A stretch of DNA of 64,000 bases from Ramazzottius varieornatus (lineage: Eukaryota > Animalia > Tardigrada): NCBI GenBank assembly GCA_001949185.1, contig BDGG01000001.1:6237591-6301590 (forward strand), given 5' to 3'. The position numbers were made by a program, and so were the translations under genes. The notes under the pieces are model-generated. The model saw only the letters and a program-made list of their open reading frames with translations, made no database searches and had not been told where the DNA came from. Below are positions 51,667 through 64,000 of the stretch, in pieces; the stretch's first letter is position 1, and each line of letters opens with the position of its first letter.

Positions 51667-54322
51667 TCTATAGACAGCGTCTTTAAATTTTCTGGCAAAT
51701 TTTTCAGTCTTCGCATCCGTCCCTTAAAAGTTCCTGTCGTTCATACTTCCCTAAGAGAGAAGCCGAACCTCAGGCCATGTCATATCGTGGTCCACGACCT
51801 GACGGCAGTCGTTAACTCGCGAAGTCGCGATCTTTGTTTCCTTCCATTGTAGCTACTGTAGATCTACTCTAACCAGCCATGCCGCGGCCCAACAGCCTCT
51901 GCGGGAAACAGTTTGGGAATGGCAGTGGTAAGCCTGACGTCCCGGCCCAAACCGACGTGTACGTAGACCGCACCCGTAGAGCCGTTCCGAAATCGAATAC
52001 GCCTGAATTCGCCGACCCGACTACGAGCCGTCAGTCACATGACGGGCAGTACATAGCGGTGCAAATCTTTCCGCAGAGGCTGAGGGCTGCGGCACGGCTG
52101 ACTTTGACCTACAGTGCGTGGCAGCCAACTTGTGCTCCCTTCGTCGAGCGATTTTCACGACTCTCCCAAGTCGTGGATTGTTTTGGTTCTATGATCAGCG
52201 AATAGCCCATTCATCTCTGTATCGGATACAGTTATCGTTTTGATGCCCGATCCCTCACAATAATCTAAGTTTGCATGAGGAAAGGACATATCGATGTCAA
52301 ACACAGGTACGACTCTCTCACAGACACTCGTCCTCTGCGACACGAAAACTTAATGCAAATTCCCGGTCCGCGTTTTGATCGATGACGATACTGTCAAAAC
52401 AGAGCTCAATGATCGTTCTTTCGAACGTTCTGCATAACCAAGCTCCGAACCGTTTCCAGCTAACACAGGGATTCCAGCTGACTCGACGGATTTTGAACAC
52501 CGACTAAAAATTCTGCACTGATTATCCTGCCTCAAATTTGATACGCAAGTACAGTAAGCGTCTAAAAATCGTTTTCTAGAAGTTTTGCGAAGATCAGGTG
52601 TCTCCCGAAAAACAGAAAAACTTTAACACAGACTACCCGGAAAACATCACTCAACTGACATACGAATTTGGTAGCTGCGCCCTATCTGAGTTGTTTTTGC
52701 AGTACACTCCCTGTATCAACGGGGCAGTCTCTACGCTTTTGATCGCGTACACATCTTGCGAGCAAGGCCTCCTGTGCTTGGACTAGATAAATTTTCAGTA
52801 GGTGGCATTTTTCGGTTAGAAACCCATCATTTATTTCAAATATTTATTGCTGAAACAAACGACAAGTGAGACCAGTCGGATCACCATTATTTCATGAATA
52901 CTTACCCGTGCTTGTAACTAAAATATATTTCATTGTTTTTAGTTCGCATAAAATTTAAAAAAGTGAAAATAATGAAAAATTTCTCACAGCAGTCGGTGCC
53001 GGTCGCCCAGTTGACTCTCGCAGAACTCGCCAGTGTGGAATATCTCAACGAGGCCAAAATTTGTACAGTGGCCTACGAAGTCCTAAACAACATAGCGTTA
53101 GCGGAAAACTTTTAAAGTTATTCGTTCGGCAGCGCGTTACGCTCAACCACACTTTGCGCTCAACAGTACAGTATGTAAGCTCAACAGACTTTACCATCTT
53201 CTTTCAAGGAATTGTACAGCACCGTCAACTCATCGCACTTCCGTCATCTTCCGGAAATGATTTTTGGCATTGACACTTGCCCTAATGAACGTGCAGTTCT
53301 GAGCTTGCGAATGACCGTGGCCAGCCAGATATTGAGCTTTGTCGGAGTCGGGGTGTATACAGGGAAATGGGCAAAAATGACTCATCCACACGATTTCTTT
53401 TCCCGAAAACGCCCACAACGATGCTATTTCTCATTAACGTAGACAGTCTAGTTGTTTTACGCCACGAACTGCCGTTGCGACATGAGTGAACCCATTATAC
53501 TGTACGAAGACTGAGGCAGCGAAACGCAACCATTGTTTTAGGCTCTCGAGTCTCACTAGTTCAATGTTACGCCAAAAAATTAATTCTCCTAAGATCCGCC
53601 AGCAAGCCATGGAATACTGTGTCACTTTACTTTCCCGATTCACTGAAGAAGAATCAAATGGAAATGCCAAGCGGATTTTTTTATTGTGAGAAAAGCGAAG
53701 GGAGCTCAAGATGGCTGACACGCACTGCATGAACGATATGATTGGCACTTTAAAGTCCTCACGTAGTTTCCAAAGAAAAAAGGTTAGTTAAAATTCGATG
53801 CCATTCAATCATCTTATCCACTGACTGTTCCAGTTTGAACCGTTAAAGTAGAGTTAAACTGTATTATTCTATCGTAAAGAATACGTACAAAATACGTACA
53901 AAATTTACCCAGAGGACGTACAAGAAGATTCAAATTAACGGCGCATAGACACCACCTTATTATTATATCATACCGTACATCGGAGTACTCTAAGCTAACT
54001 AACCGGCGCCCGCCACGAATGTCGTAAGGAATGGAATTTAGTGCGTACCTTGCTCGATATTCGTGGCAGCTCGTGCACACTTTTCCCTTCCCAAAAGTCT
54101 GTTTCGGCTAATGCTAGCTGACAAGGGGTTCTACCTTTGCATTTGTCACAAGAGATTTTGTAAAGGAAAGTAACTCATCTACTAGAAATCATTCGTGGTG
54201 AATTTAATGAATAATGACAAACTTTATTCACAGTACGGCAAACACAAATGGGTTGATTTTGTCAAGGATGATTTGTTTAGCCAGTTCTGCAGGAAAGCGT
54301 TCGATAGGGATATTAAGCCCGC

Positions 54323-56308
54323 ATGGCTGCCCTTCACTTTCTTGCAACTCTTGCGGTTCTAATAAACGTACCTACCTTCAGTAAGTGCCTTATCTTCAGG
54401 TCTATGACCTCTACCAGGGACATTATCAATAGCACGGCTTTGCCGTCACCGGTGGTAGTCAGCCTGATGGTGCTTTCGCAGTGGGGATTTTTATGTTTCT
54501 ATCCAGGTTACGAGGTGGCGGTAGCAGAAGCCAACCATCGGTATGGCCACCTCTTCCGAATCGACATGGTGCCAATTCGCGATCTTAAAGTGCCTGATTG
54601 TCCAGATACGACTGCCGAGATGTGTAATTTGTTCAGCAAGTCGTTTTACAGCAACATGTTGGTTAAGGACCGCATTGTCTCAGCTTTATCTGACAGTAAG
54701 ACCACACAGCTCTGTTGGTTTGTTCGTTCAGATCCTGGAATCGTAAACGTGTATCCGCGTCTTGTTTACAGTGTGCTCTGAGACAACTGCGGAAGTTACA
54801 GAACTATTTGCCGGTAGGTACGACAGGTTGCCTACATGCCAGTTCGGGGTTCGTAGTTAAGCTTGTCATTCGGATCCCACAACTGGCAGCCAATTTATAA
54901 CCAATTTATAAAACTTCACAGTTCTAAATTTTGTGGTTTCTATTAATAGAATGGAACATTGTGTATTTCACAATGTATGCTCTCGCGTTCGCAGTACTCT
55001 CATCAAAGCGGACAACTGCAGTGTTTTGTTGCTCAGAATTCAGGGCAGGGACTCCCGCGGATCTGCGAAACGAAAAGAAATATCCCACAGTACTGTCCAT
55101 GAGCGCGTCCGACGGCAGTGTCGGTCTGACCTTTGTGACCCGAGTTCTGAACGAGTTCAAGTGGACCAATGTCTTCCTCCTGTGCGATACTAGCGAAAAC
55201 TCTGTGAACATTTACTATCGCACAAACTGTCGCGGTCTAAAAACCACTTTTCGAGCTAATACCCAGAACTGGGTCTTGGGTGCGAGCTCTGACAGTACAT
55301 CACAGGATGGAATGAACTTTGCCCTATTATTCGGTCTCGTACGACAGCAAGCGCGAGGTGGAGAACGTCATATATTTGCTATGATGGAATTTCTGGACCT
55401 AATTACGTTGTCCATTTCCATCTGTAATAGTTATTTTCGTTCTGGCTGAAAACAGCGTCATGCGGTTTCTGATGGTAAAGGGAGCGTTCTGATGGCAAGA
55501 TTTCGGTTACAGATAAATACATGGCGAAGAAATATGGCGGGAAATGAATACGTGAGTACAGTAGTAATTCTCAGTTCTACAGTCCGTCACACGGACGAGC
55601 TTTCTAATCGTGAGAGTGCGGTGAGATCCGAATTTACTTCAGGAGACTGAAGTAATCGTAGAAAGAAACCAAGGATACCGCTCTACAGCACGGCAAGGTG
55701 TCACGTGACAGTGTGATTACGCGTACTTGTGCCGAACGCAATCCACCCACTGTCTGGCTTCAGCTTGTAGAAACCGTCCGTGTGACGTACTGTAGCAGTG
55801 AGAATTATCATTGTAATTCAACGGCCTCTTAGGAAACTGATTGGCAGTCAGCGCGCCCATACGTGAATCTGATCAGGTCGAAGCTTTTGTTCGTGTAGAT
55901 CTACATGCAGCCTTTCTACATGTACCGGTTTTACCCGCCGCCAACCTGGAAATCAGACGATGCTGGCGATATGGTATGATATGGTTCTTTTGCACACTTA
56001 GTAAACTGCTTGCGCGCAGGTAATCAAGTGACCACCGGATACTCCTCGGCGGTACGCGGTACCATCTGAGAAACGGTGGGCTTGTGTGGGCACTGTTTTC
56101 ACTGAATGTTGAACTGAGCATCCGTCAGGTTGCTCGAGATCCATTTCGGTCCGTGCTGCTTCTCTTAGCCGACACCGACACTTTGGAGAGCCGCATTCAA
56201 AAGAACGCAACTGAGAAGATGCTTTTGAGGTGGCGACAACCAGAATATCAACGCACCAATGCGCCGAATCAAACAAGACTGGTCTGCTCCAGTAATCAGC
56301 GGCTATGA
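54323..56308 (+). CDS. ANF-receptor/receptor guanylyl cyclase-type extracellular ligand-binding domain, apparently without TM or catalytic domains
   Basis: Signal peptide; in-phase exons giving PGYEVAVAEAN, MCSETT..LFAEWNIVYFT, LRNEKKYPT, VLNEFKWTNVFLLCD, QARVIFVL, MAGNEY, W..DDAGDMVARDPFRSVLLL. Reading frame ends at TGA 56308. Confidence 0.7.
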
Positions 56309-56331
56309 CACCATCACCCTGATATCCCAAG

Positions 56332-56536
56332 TACACGCACGACGAGAAATTATGGGGCCAGTAAAAATTATGGGACCAGGCCTTTTCGCTACGGCGGTAC
56401 GGAAGCACGTACGTACGAGACCGATGCACAGCAATATACTTTTGGACACTTTTCTACGTTTGAATTTGCATTTTGCCGTCCTTTCCGCCTGGTCCCATAA
56501 TTTTTACTGGCCCCATAATTTCCCGTCGTGCGTGTG
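56332..56536. mobile_element. CACGC-family MITE
   Basis: ta-cacgcacgacgagaaattatggggccagtaaaaattatgggaccagg ... reverse complement at the right end. Confidence 0.85.
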
Positions 56537-57003
56537 CGAAACCTGTAGTGGTGCAACTCAAATTGAAACTGGATGTTGTGGAATGAAAAGATTTTACCCT
56601 CGGTCGACAAGCATGCTCGGCTGTCAGATCTTTGCGGAGCCAAGTCAACCGTTCGAACTGAAGCGCTGTCCGAGATTATGAGCCTTCGTAGACACTCGGC
56701 ACCAAAGAATACGTGCGTACTTGGGCGACGGTATTTTATAGTGGAAAAAGTGAAACCGTATCGATGTCATATCGTCTAGTAAAAGTGTAGTAAAATTTTT
56801 GTTAGCGTTAAATGAACCCAGTTAAATTTGGTAATGGAATAAAAACAGTATAGTACTTTCGACAACATGTTTTGCTTGTGTATTGTTCGGACCGATAATT
56901 CTTTCGGCTCGGGCTGTACTGTATATCAACACCATTGTCAGGTCCCGTTCCGTTGTTTCAATACTTGCGCTACCGTTTAAGCCTCTCGTTTCTCGCGGCT
57001 ATT

Positions 57004-57778
57004 TTATGGCGAGCTGTCTCCGCTTGTTCGTCGTCCGGTACTGACGCTATGATTGTCTTGACGTGTTACTCCACGAACGTCTCCGTTCTCCGATGGTCGT
57101 TGGAAGGTGTCGATCGTTGCCACGATCAGCAGGTCTCCTTCGTCCACAAAGTCGCCCACTTGCGAAGCCGTAAAGACGCGTCCGTGTGGCTGGATACCGT
57201 TTCCCACGGCTTCTTGCAAAAGTCCACCGCGAGTTACGTTTCCCTTACGATACAAAGAAACGTCCTGTAGGTACACTGCATCGATTCTTGGCTTTCCGTG
57301 CTCGGGTTCGCATGGACGAATGTGGACCGTCCAGTAGCGCAGCCTCATGCTGTGGGTACCTTGCCATTCGGCCTTCTTTGTGATCTCCAAATACCTAAAA
57401 AATAAAAGTTTCGTTACATAAAGAAAATAAATCAACTTCTGACGGAAAAACTGTTTTCTCGGCCTGAGCGTTGACTGCACACTGTGCGCCTTACGTTACT
57501 TAACATGTGATCGGTCTGATTCGCAGCGGCATGCGGTCTATTGTCCTCTGATTGATAGTGTTAACTTCGTAACCTGTTGTGCAACGAAGCTTGGCTCGTT
57601 CGAAGTTCGCGAACTGCACCAAGTATTTTCGAAGTGTGAATGAGCGAAAATATGTTGGTACCAGAGTGTGTCGCCACGATTGTCCTCATCGAAGGGCAGC
57701 CTGAACGGTGGGCTTCTGATGGGTACGTTGGCTGGAAGGTTGGGTAGACCACGAACTATCCATTCTTGTTCGTACTTC
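57004..57778 (-). CDS. MATH/TRAF-like domain protein (5' end not located)
   Basis: Exon after ttccccag: KYEQEWIVRGLPNLPANVPIRSPPFRLP..TLWYQHIF. Last exon: YLEITKK..LRYWTVHIR..GDFVDEGDLLIVATI. Pattern resembles MATH strands 1-3 and the terminal D.L.I strand. One donor is weak. Confidence 0.5.
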
Positions 57779-58682
57779 CTGGGGAAAATCTACAACCAGA
57801 ACAGTTCTGTACACGCACGAAGGGAAAGTCTGGAGGAGTAAAAAGTTTGGATCAAACGAAAAAGACAGCAAACTCAAAATTCAATCCTAAGAAATTTTCA
57901 GAAAGTGCATTGGTGTGAATGCACACGTACGCGTACGTCCGTTTAGCTGCATCAGAATCGCCTGATCAAAAATCTTACTATCTCAAACTTTCCCTTCGGG
58001 CGTGTACGGACATCGTTTCCAGTTCAGTTCATAATTATGAACTGAAGAAAAATCAAGAATTTTCATGCACGACGCAATCATCGCAGTAAATATTTAATGG
58101 AGAGTTTCAGTGGATGAATTTAATGAGTTACTTTTTGATGTAAAAAATGGACGGATAGATACGAGGACTCACGGTGGTAGTGACAGGGCGAAGAGGGGAA
58201 GAAGGAACTGTGGAAAACGTTGGGGAAGGAGAGTCCACTGCGGACGAGTATTCTCGTGAGTATTGGATTTTGGCCATGTCGAATCCCCCAAAAGGTCGGA
58301 CAGCTTCCCACAGCTAACTGGCACTGCGCAACACAGCGGTAAAAGAATAGATGATGCTCGCCGATAAAAAAACACGTTCTCCGACTCGTTAGCCACTCGA
58401 TTGACTACAGAGGCAGAAAAATTGTTAAGTTACCCTCGGGTCATCCACTTTCATTTTCTTCATGACGAAGCGTCTAAATATGAAGTACGATATCCATATG
58501 AGAAATGAAAAGCAACCGGTTGTTGAAATTGCGCAATGTTATTAATTATACAGTACAAGCGAATAACACGTAATAATTTTCATACAGCTCATATTGACAA
58601 GGAAAATTCAACTCAGTACAATTTTTTCTATCCGCCCACGAACACTACAGAAAAACGCATCGCAGAACAACGTAGCGACAGA

Positions 58683-59114
58683 TCATGATTCATGAGTACT
58701 CAATTCTTTGACTTGCTCGACAAAAGAAAGGCAGGATCCTTTCAGCATTCTGACCACCTCGGCAGTCCCAGGACTTCGAACGGCCATATACTGTAGAGCA
58801 CTCGTGGTTTTGAGTGACGACAGAGTGACGTGTTCACGATAGTCCACGGTGATAAATATTCCAGAGGTTGATACGGCGCTCGAGTAGAGCAAGAAATTGG
58901 ATTTGCGTAGGAATGAGCCAATTGAATGGGAGCACGTGGGCGGAGCCGAACCGACTGAACCCACTAATGTGCTCGGTGCTTCATTTCCAAGTGAGGCATA
59001 GTGGCCGTTACTCAAGTGCGTAAGAATTTCGAGTAACGTTCCAACTAAGCTTTTCTGTGGTAGTTCTTTCCAAAAGTTTTTCAAAACCTCAGATTTGATT
59101 TCAAGACGTCCCAC
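58683..59114 (-). mobile_element. Possible hAT transposase C-terminal (dimerisation domain) relic
   Basis: NFWK...APPT....S.....STSGIFITVDYR..LS..TTSAL resembles hATC. Adjacent aactgtg(a/g)cttt repeats at 59205-59350. Confidence 0.3.
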
Positions 59115-60333
59115 CGAGGTGCCAACTGCCCATCTAACTGCATCTTTCAGGGTTTAACGTCGGTTATTGATTATTCGTCAAACTGTAGCAACGACTGCAC
59201 GCTTAACTGTGACTTTGCTAACCTAGAAAACAACGAAAATCTCAGTTTGACTGTGGGTGTAACTGTGGCTTTCGAAAATTCGATGAGACTGCATCTTCAA
59301 CTGTGACTTTTGCCACAATAAGAACTGTATCCCTAACTGTGGCTTTTGCCACTTTCTGGATTTTACTTTGCCTTTAACTGCTGCTTTTCGTATCAAGATT
59401 CACTTGAGCTTTAAGCAGTCGGAACTGGAAATCCCTTTCTTCGTTGCTGTATCAGAACTGGAAACTTCGTGTGATTTGACATCGTATCTTACCAAAAAGT
59501 CATTAATTACAAAAATTGATGGAGGTTTTGCAAAACCTTTCGGAGAAGTTACGCTAATCGGCTGGATCGCGTAGCGGGTCTCAAACTCAGTCGATTAGAG
59601 TAAGGAATGGAAGGGGCCAAAGTCTTACGCTACTCGGATTTCTTGCGCTGCTCGAGTTCCGTATCAACCTCTCTATGAGTAAAGGACGCAGCACGAACGT
59701 ACCCCGGTGGGCGAGTATTCTAATCTGTACCGGCAGATGGCGCTTCTGCGTGATCTTTGCAGAAGAGAGTAGCGACTATAAGTAACCATTCTTATTTAGT
59801 ACTGTAAAAGCCAACTGATCTCCTATAAAAAAACTGACATAGAATTCTCATCTGGACTCACTAAAAGCAGTGTGAGCATCACCTCTGTATACTTCACGAT
59901 TAGGTCGGAATGCCCATTTTGTACCAGATTGTGCGGTTCTCTGACACCCATGTGGCCCAAGCAAATATTACTCCCGGTAACGGAGAATAAATCTCGGATA
60001 GCGTCCTTCCTCTTTTTGATCGTGCAGTGTGTCGGGAAAGGCTTTCACTGCTGCATGCGTGCAGCCCATATTTTGTGTCCTATCTTAAAATTGTTCCGCG
60101 TGGAAATGCAGACTAGTGCCGACGAGTCAGGCTATTTAACATAAGGTAGACCAGGATGCTGTAAGCGTGCACGGTGCACACCTTTCTCTTATGTTTGTTT
60201 ATTGGCGCATGAATGTGTTTGGACAACTGATGTTGATTCATCACCATCCCACCGTCTCGATTTCAAGCATCCTGTAGCATAGTCCTTTGTCAGCGACCCG
60301 ACAGCATGCAGTAATACATGGGAGGGAGTACTG

Positions 60334-60519
60334 CACACGCACGACAAGAAATTATGGACCATTGAAAATTATGGGACGAGGCCGAAAAGACGGCAAAATG
60401 GATACTCAAACGTGGGAAAGTGTCGAAAAGTGTATTACTGTGAATCGGTCGCGTACGCACATGCTTCCGTACCGCCGCAGCGAAAAGACCTGGTCCCATA
60501 ATTTCCCGTCGTGCGTGTA
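60334..60519. mobile_element. CACGC-family MITE
   Basis: cacgcacgacaagaaattatgg ... ccataatttcccgtcgtgcgtg-ta; opposite orientation to the 56332 copy. Confidence 0.85.
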
Positions 60520-62291
60520 CTCTGTGTGTACCTCCAGCAGCCCAGCTCGCACCAAGTTCGTTCAGCCTCCTTCCCATGCATTTTGAGTCATGAGCCCTTA
60601 GCTCCCCTGGGGAAACTGTGCTATCCGGCCGTTAGCGATTAATAAATCTCCTTTAATTTTAGGATCGATATATCCACGTAGTTCGTATCGTGCCTCCACG
60701 GATCCGAACTCTGTCATCCAGTTCATATTCTTGTTTGCGGGCAAATAAAGTTTCCTTCCTCCAGTGCAAGACCCTCCGGAGAATCAAAAAAAGTAGTTGC
60801 AGCTCTACAAACCCGACCTTGTCTCAAGCTACGGTTGGTCATTTTTAGCGTCAACACGCTCAACTGCACCCTAGAGTGGATGGAGAAAGCCCCACGCAGG
60901 CATGCCGGCACAGCGAAACCGCGCTCAAATGAGGTTTACGACGGAAAATCTATTGATTACATTACTCACGCCACCATGGCTAAACACAAACCATACACAG
61001 CAAAAGCGATGCATACACACGTGTATGTGTACATTTCAAAATCCATGCCGGTATCTTATTGATTCAGGCAAACCTTATCCGTACACCGCCCGCACACACT
61101 GTACAATCAGGGCAAAAACTGGTTCTACAAAAGTCACAGCAAGAGCCTGCCAGCATCAATCGTCCTTGCTAGAAGCACACTGAACGACTTTACCCACCTT
61201 CTGTCCTCGCACTACAGTTGCGGCTTACTGGTTCTCCAAAGCTCCGCGTACACCATCTCAGCGCTGTATCCGGCCTTTTACATGTCCCAAGTGCCACTCC
61301 GGAACAGACATACTTTGCCGGCTGTCTTGTTGCCATCCATCCATCCATCGTCTTTATTTTCCCTTTTCCTTTGTCCCGCCGGAATCTAATCTTATCTAAC
61401 ACTACGCAGTACTTACTTATCGTGTGTTGTTCCCATCCAGGCTTTTCCATATCGCTTCAAGGACATTAAGGTCTATCCATCACACTGCACCTGTCAAACA
61501 GTATTTTTTTCTACTACGGTGTTCGCGAGCTTTTAGGACACGTTGGCGTATATTATAGCAAGTTGTTGTTTACGGCTGTTTCGAAAGCAGTAATTACAAT
61601 GTGGGTCTCGGTTGGCCTTTATTGATGCACCACCTCCTACTAGCAGCGATCACAACGTGTGCTGGCATAGCGAAAACGGTATTGGATTTTTTTTTCTTTA
61701 CAGCTTGCTTCCGTATTGACAACGATATTGATGTTTCCGTCAAAAACAAGGCCAAGTTCACATGCAGACAACAGCCCTCCACATCCATCTCGGGGTTTTA
61801 ACCACCCACGGGTAGTGATTATGGCAGCCATCAACGTCAGGAAATCGACAGCCGGCTCGCAGTCACTTCGAGAACCAACGTCAGCGCCAAGCTGAGCAAA
61901 CTCCGGCCAGGAAGCAAACGACAGACCCCAACCCGATCGCCGACGGTGCAAAATTTCTGACGGTGTCCTTTGGCAAACTTTCTGAAATGGCTGCGGATAA
62001 CTTCTTCCACTACTATCGTAAGTACTCAGAGAAGTATGGGGAAGGTAGGGAAACAGTCTCTGGATGATCGTCATTTCAAGCGACGCACGATTTCAGTAGT
62101 TTACTGAACAAAACCCCACCACTTGAGATAACTAATCGGAACTGTCTTCCGACCTCCCATATTCAATACAATTACACCAGACGGAAAATAAATATTACCG
62201 AACAATACATCGAGCCTGTGTCGTCCATTGTCAGCGTGTTTTCATATAGTATCAACTCTGTCTTTTGGCAGGGCGGAGACTGTTATTCTTC

Positions 62292-63656
62292 ATGGTGAGC
62301 ACAACCTGTCATTTGGCTCTGTTATTCTCTTCATGGACCATCGCGCAGGATTCCGGTTCTCCGTCAAAGTCGCTGAATCCTGCGCAACTCATATTCCGCG
62401 ATAATAAGCTCCTGTCTCCATCACTGCTGATACCTCTCTTCGGATATATCCCGTCCAACAGTTCCTATTACCCTTCCTACACCACCCTCCCACCTACTGC
62501 TCTTCGTATAGCCTACGATGACGACACATCGGTGGCGCATGCAACCACCCCCGTCTTTCCTCCACGCATTCGCCTCCATAACCGCATTGACAGTCAGCCA
62601 GGTGAGACTGCTAACCGTCCTCATGCCTCGGTAGAGACGACCATTCGGCTACGGTCTGTCGGATTAACAACAACGCCGACGAGCGTCGGCCTCGTTGACG
62701 AGCCACGCGCAACACTCGACCTTCCTCGTCCCATCAATCAAGAAGAAAGCCCAGCGAGTAACATCGTTGTGCGGGCAGTGGCCAACGCCCCGCCACCACA
62801 TCTCCAAGTCTTGACGTCTTCCACGGTCCACAATGAAACTGTCTATGCGCTCTCTGTCAGCCCGGCCACCATAGCCACCAATAGTTCGAAATTCGATACA
62901 AGAGCGCTGGAAATAAATTCGCGCATTGGGTCTGAGCCTTCACCGAGGATTCTGGTGCAGCCGGCTGGTTCGTCGTCCAACTCGGATTCTCCATACAGAG
63001 TGGGAAGTGTTACGGTCGGTGCGCTCATTGGAATAATTGCCGGCATCTTGACTACTTTAGTGATAGCCAGTAAGTCCACTTTGGAGCCACACACTATTAC
63101 CAACCTCTCGTTGAAGGCGCTCCATGTCGAGTGGCTATCCAACCGCCTTGTTTGTCCATGCGGTACGGCGCGTACCTCGTCGACGGAGCACAGTTTATTT
63201 AGCCGCCGAGGCGGTTTTATCTCACCGTATATTGAACTTGTTCAAGTGCTAGACCGATTAGCGTTCCGCTCTAGCTGAGGCCGGCGGTTAAAAGTGAAAA
63301 GGTCCTTGTGATTGACCACGCGACTGTAACTTGACTCTTTAGCGTGGCGAAAAGTGGCTTACATTTTGCTTTTCTGATTTGTTGACAGAAGCACAAATAG
63401 GGATCAGGTTACAGCGTAACAAGCTCGCGAAAAGCACACGGAGATCCCTGTTTGTGCTCACTGTATTTTACTCATAATCAATGACTCTTTCTCTGTTTCG
63501 CAGCCTTACTGGGTATTGTCTGCTACCGACGACGGCATCCAACGTGGAATGCCGCGGAAACCGACCTGCGGATTCTCGCAAGCCACTACGGAAGTTACTG
63601 GGATGACAAGACACTGCCGAACTTCCAGTTCAACGACAAGATGATCTGGCCAGGCG
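62292..63656 (+). CDS. Mucin-like single-pass (type I) membrane protein; 3' end not resolved in the window
   Basis: Signal peptide MVSTTCHLALLFSSWTIA; S/T/P-rich ectodomain; TM VGALIGIIAGILTTLVIA|TLLGIVCY followed by RRRH across the intron 63070-63503. Confidence 0.7.
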
Positions 63657-64000
63657 TAAGTTGAAACTGCACACCAGTAGAACAAACCGTAGAGAACGCA
63701 CGAGTGGTTCTGTTGCCCGTAACGTTGTGAGACAGTCTACTGACCATATTGCAGTACAACCTGCTACTTGAAAATTTAGGCGTAAAAATGGTGTTTTCAA
63801 GAAAAGAAAATTTCAGAATAAATTCGGTAATCTCTCACAAGACTTTTTGGAGTTTCGGCACGTAATATGTGCCAGCCGTATGAGGAAGTCCGAATGACTC
63901 TTTTTCCGTACAAATTGAAAGCTCGTTAACCTAACGACCCGAGACAGGCTTGCGCCGACTTTGCCCTGTCGATCTCGTCTTACCCAATCATGTTTATGTA

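Overview
Eukaryotic (animal) genomic DNA from a compact genome: short GT-AG introns (mostly 60-200 bp), balanced GC and one N-gap. The gene-family content suggests a tardigrade or similar compact ecdysozoan, but this is inference only. Apparently intact spliced genes: neuroligin (3' part), an intronless class A GPCR, DDX56/Dbp9, an MS4A/CD20-like tetraspan protein, a TRPA-type channel, an adhesion GPCR with one cadherin-like repeat, an orphan secreted protein, two tandem AADAC/NCEH1-like esterases, a neuropeptide F/Y precursor ending RPRY-amide, a stand-alone ANF-receptor-type ligand-binding domain, a MATH-like protein and a mucin-like type I membrane protein. Decayed genes cluster at about 33-37 kb and 44-47 kb: an F-box gene, an MFSD6-like transporter with four nonsense codons, and an intron-containing 3' fragment of a MEP/Amt2-type ammonium transporter. 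That fragment is absent from the ORF track except for its last exon and is a horizontal-transfer candidate. Intergenic DNA is rich in non-autonomous DNA transposons: a TA-flanked CACG(C) MITE family with a pogo-like deletion derivative, a mariner relic and a young long-TIR element carrying an ETS-CRE motif. No CRISPR, rRNA or tRNA was seen. Exon boundaries were read by eye and no database searches were run.
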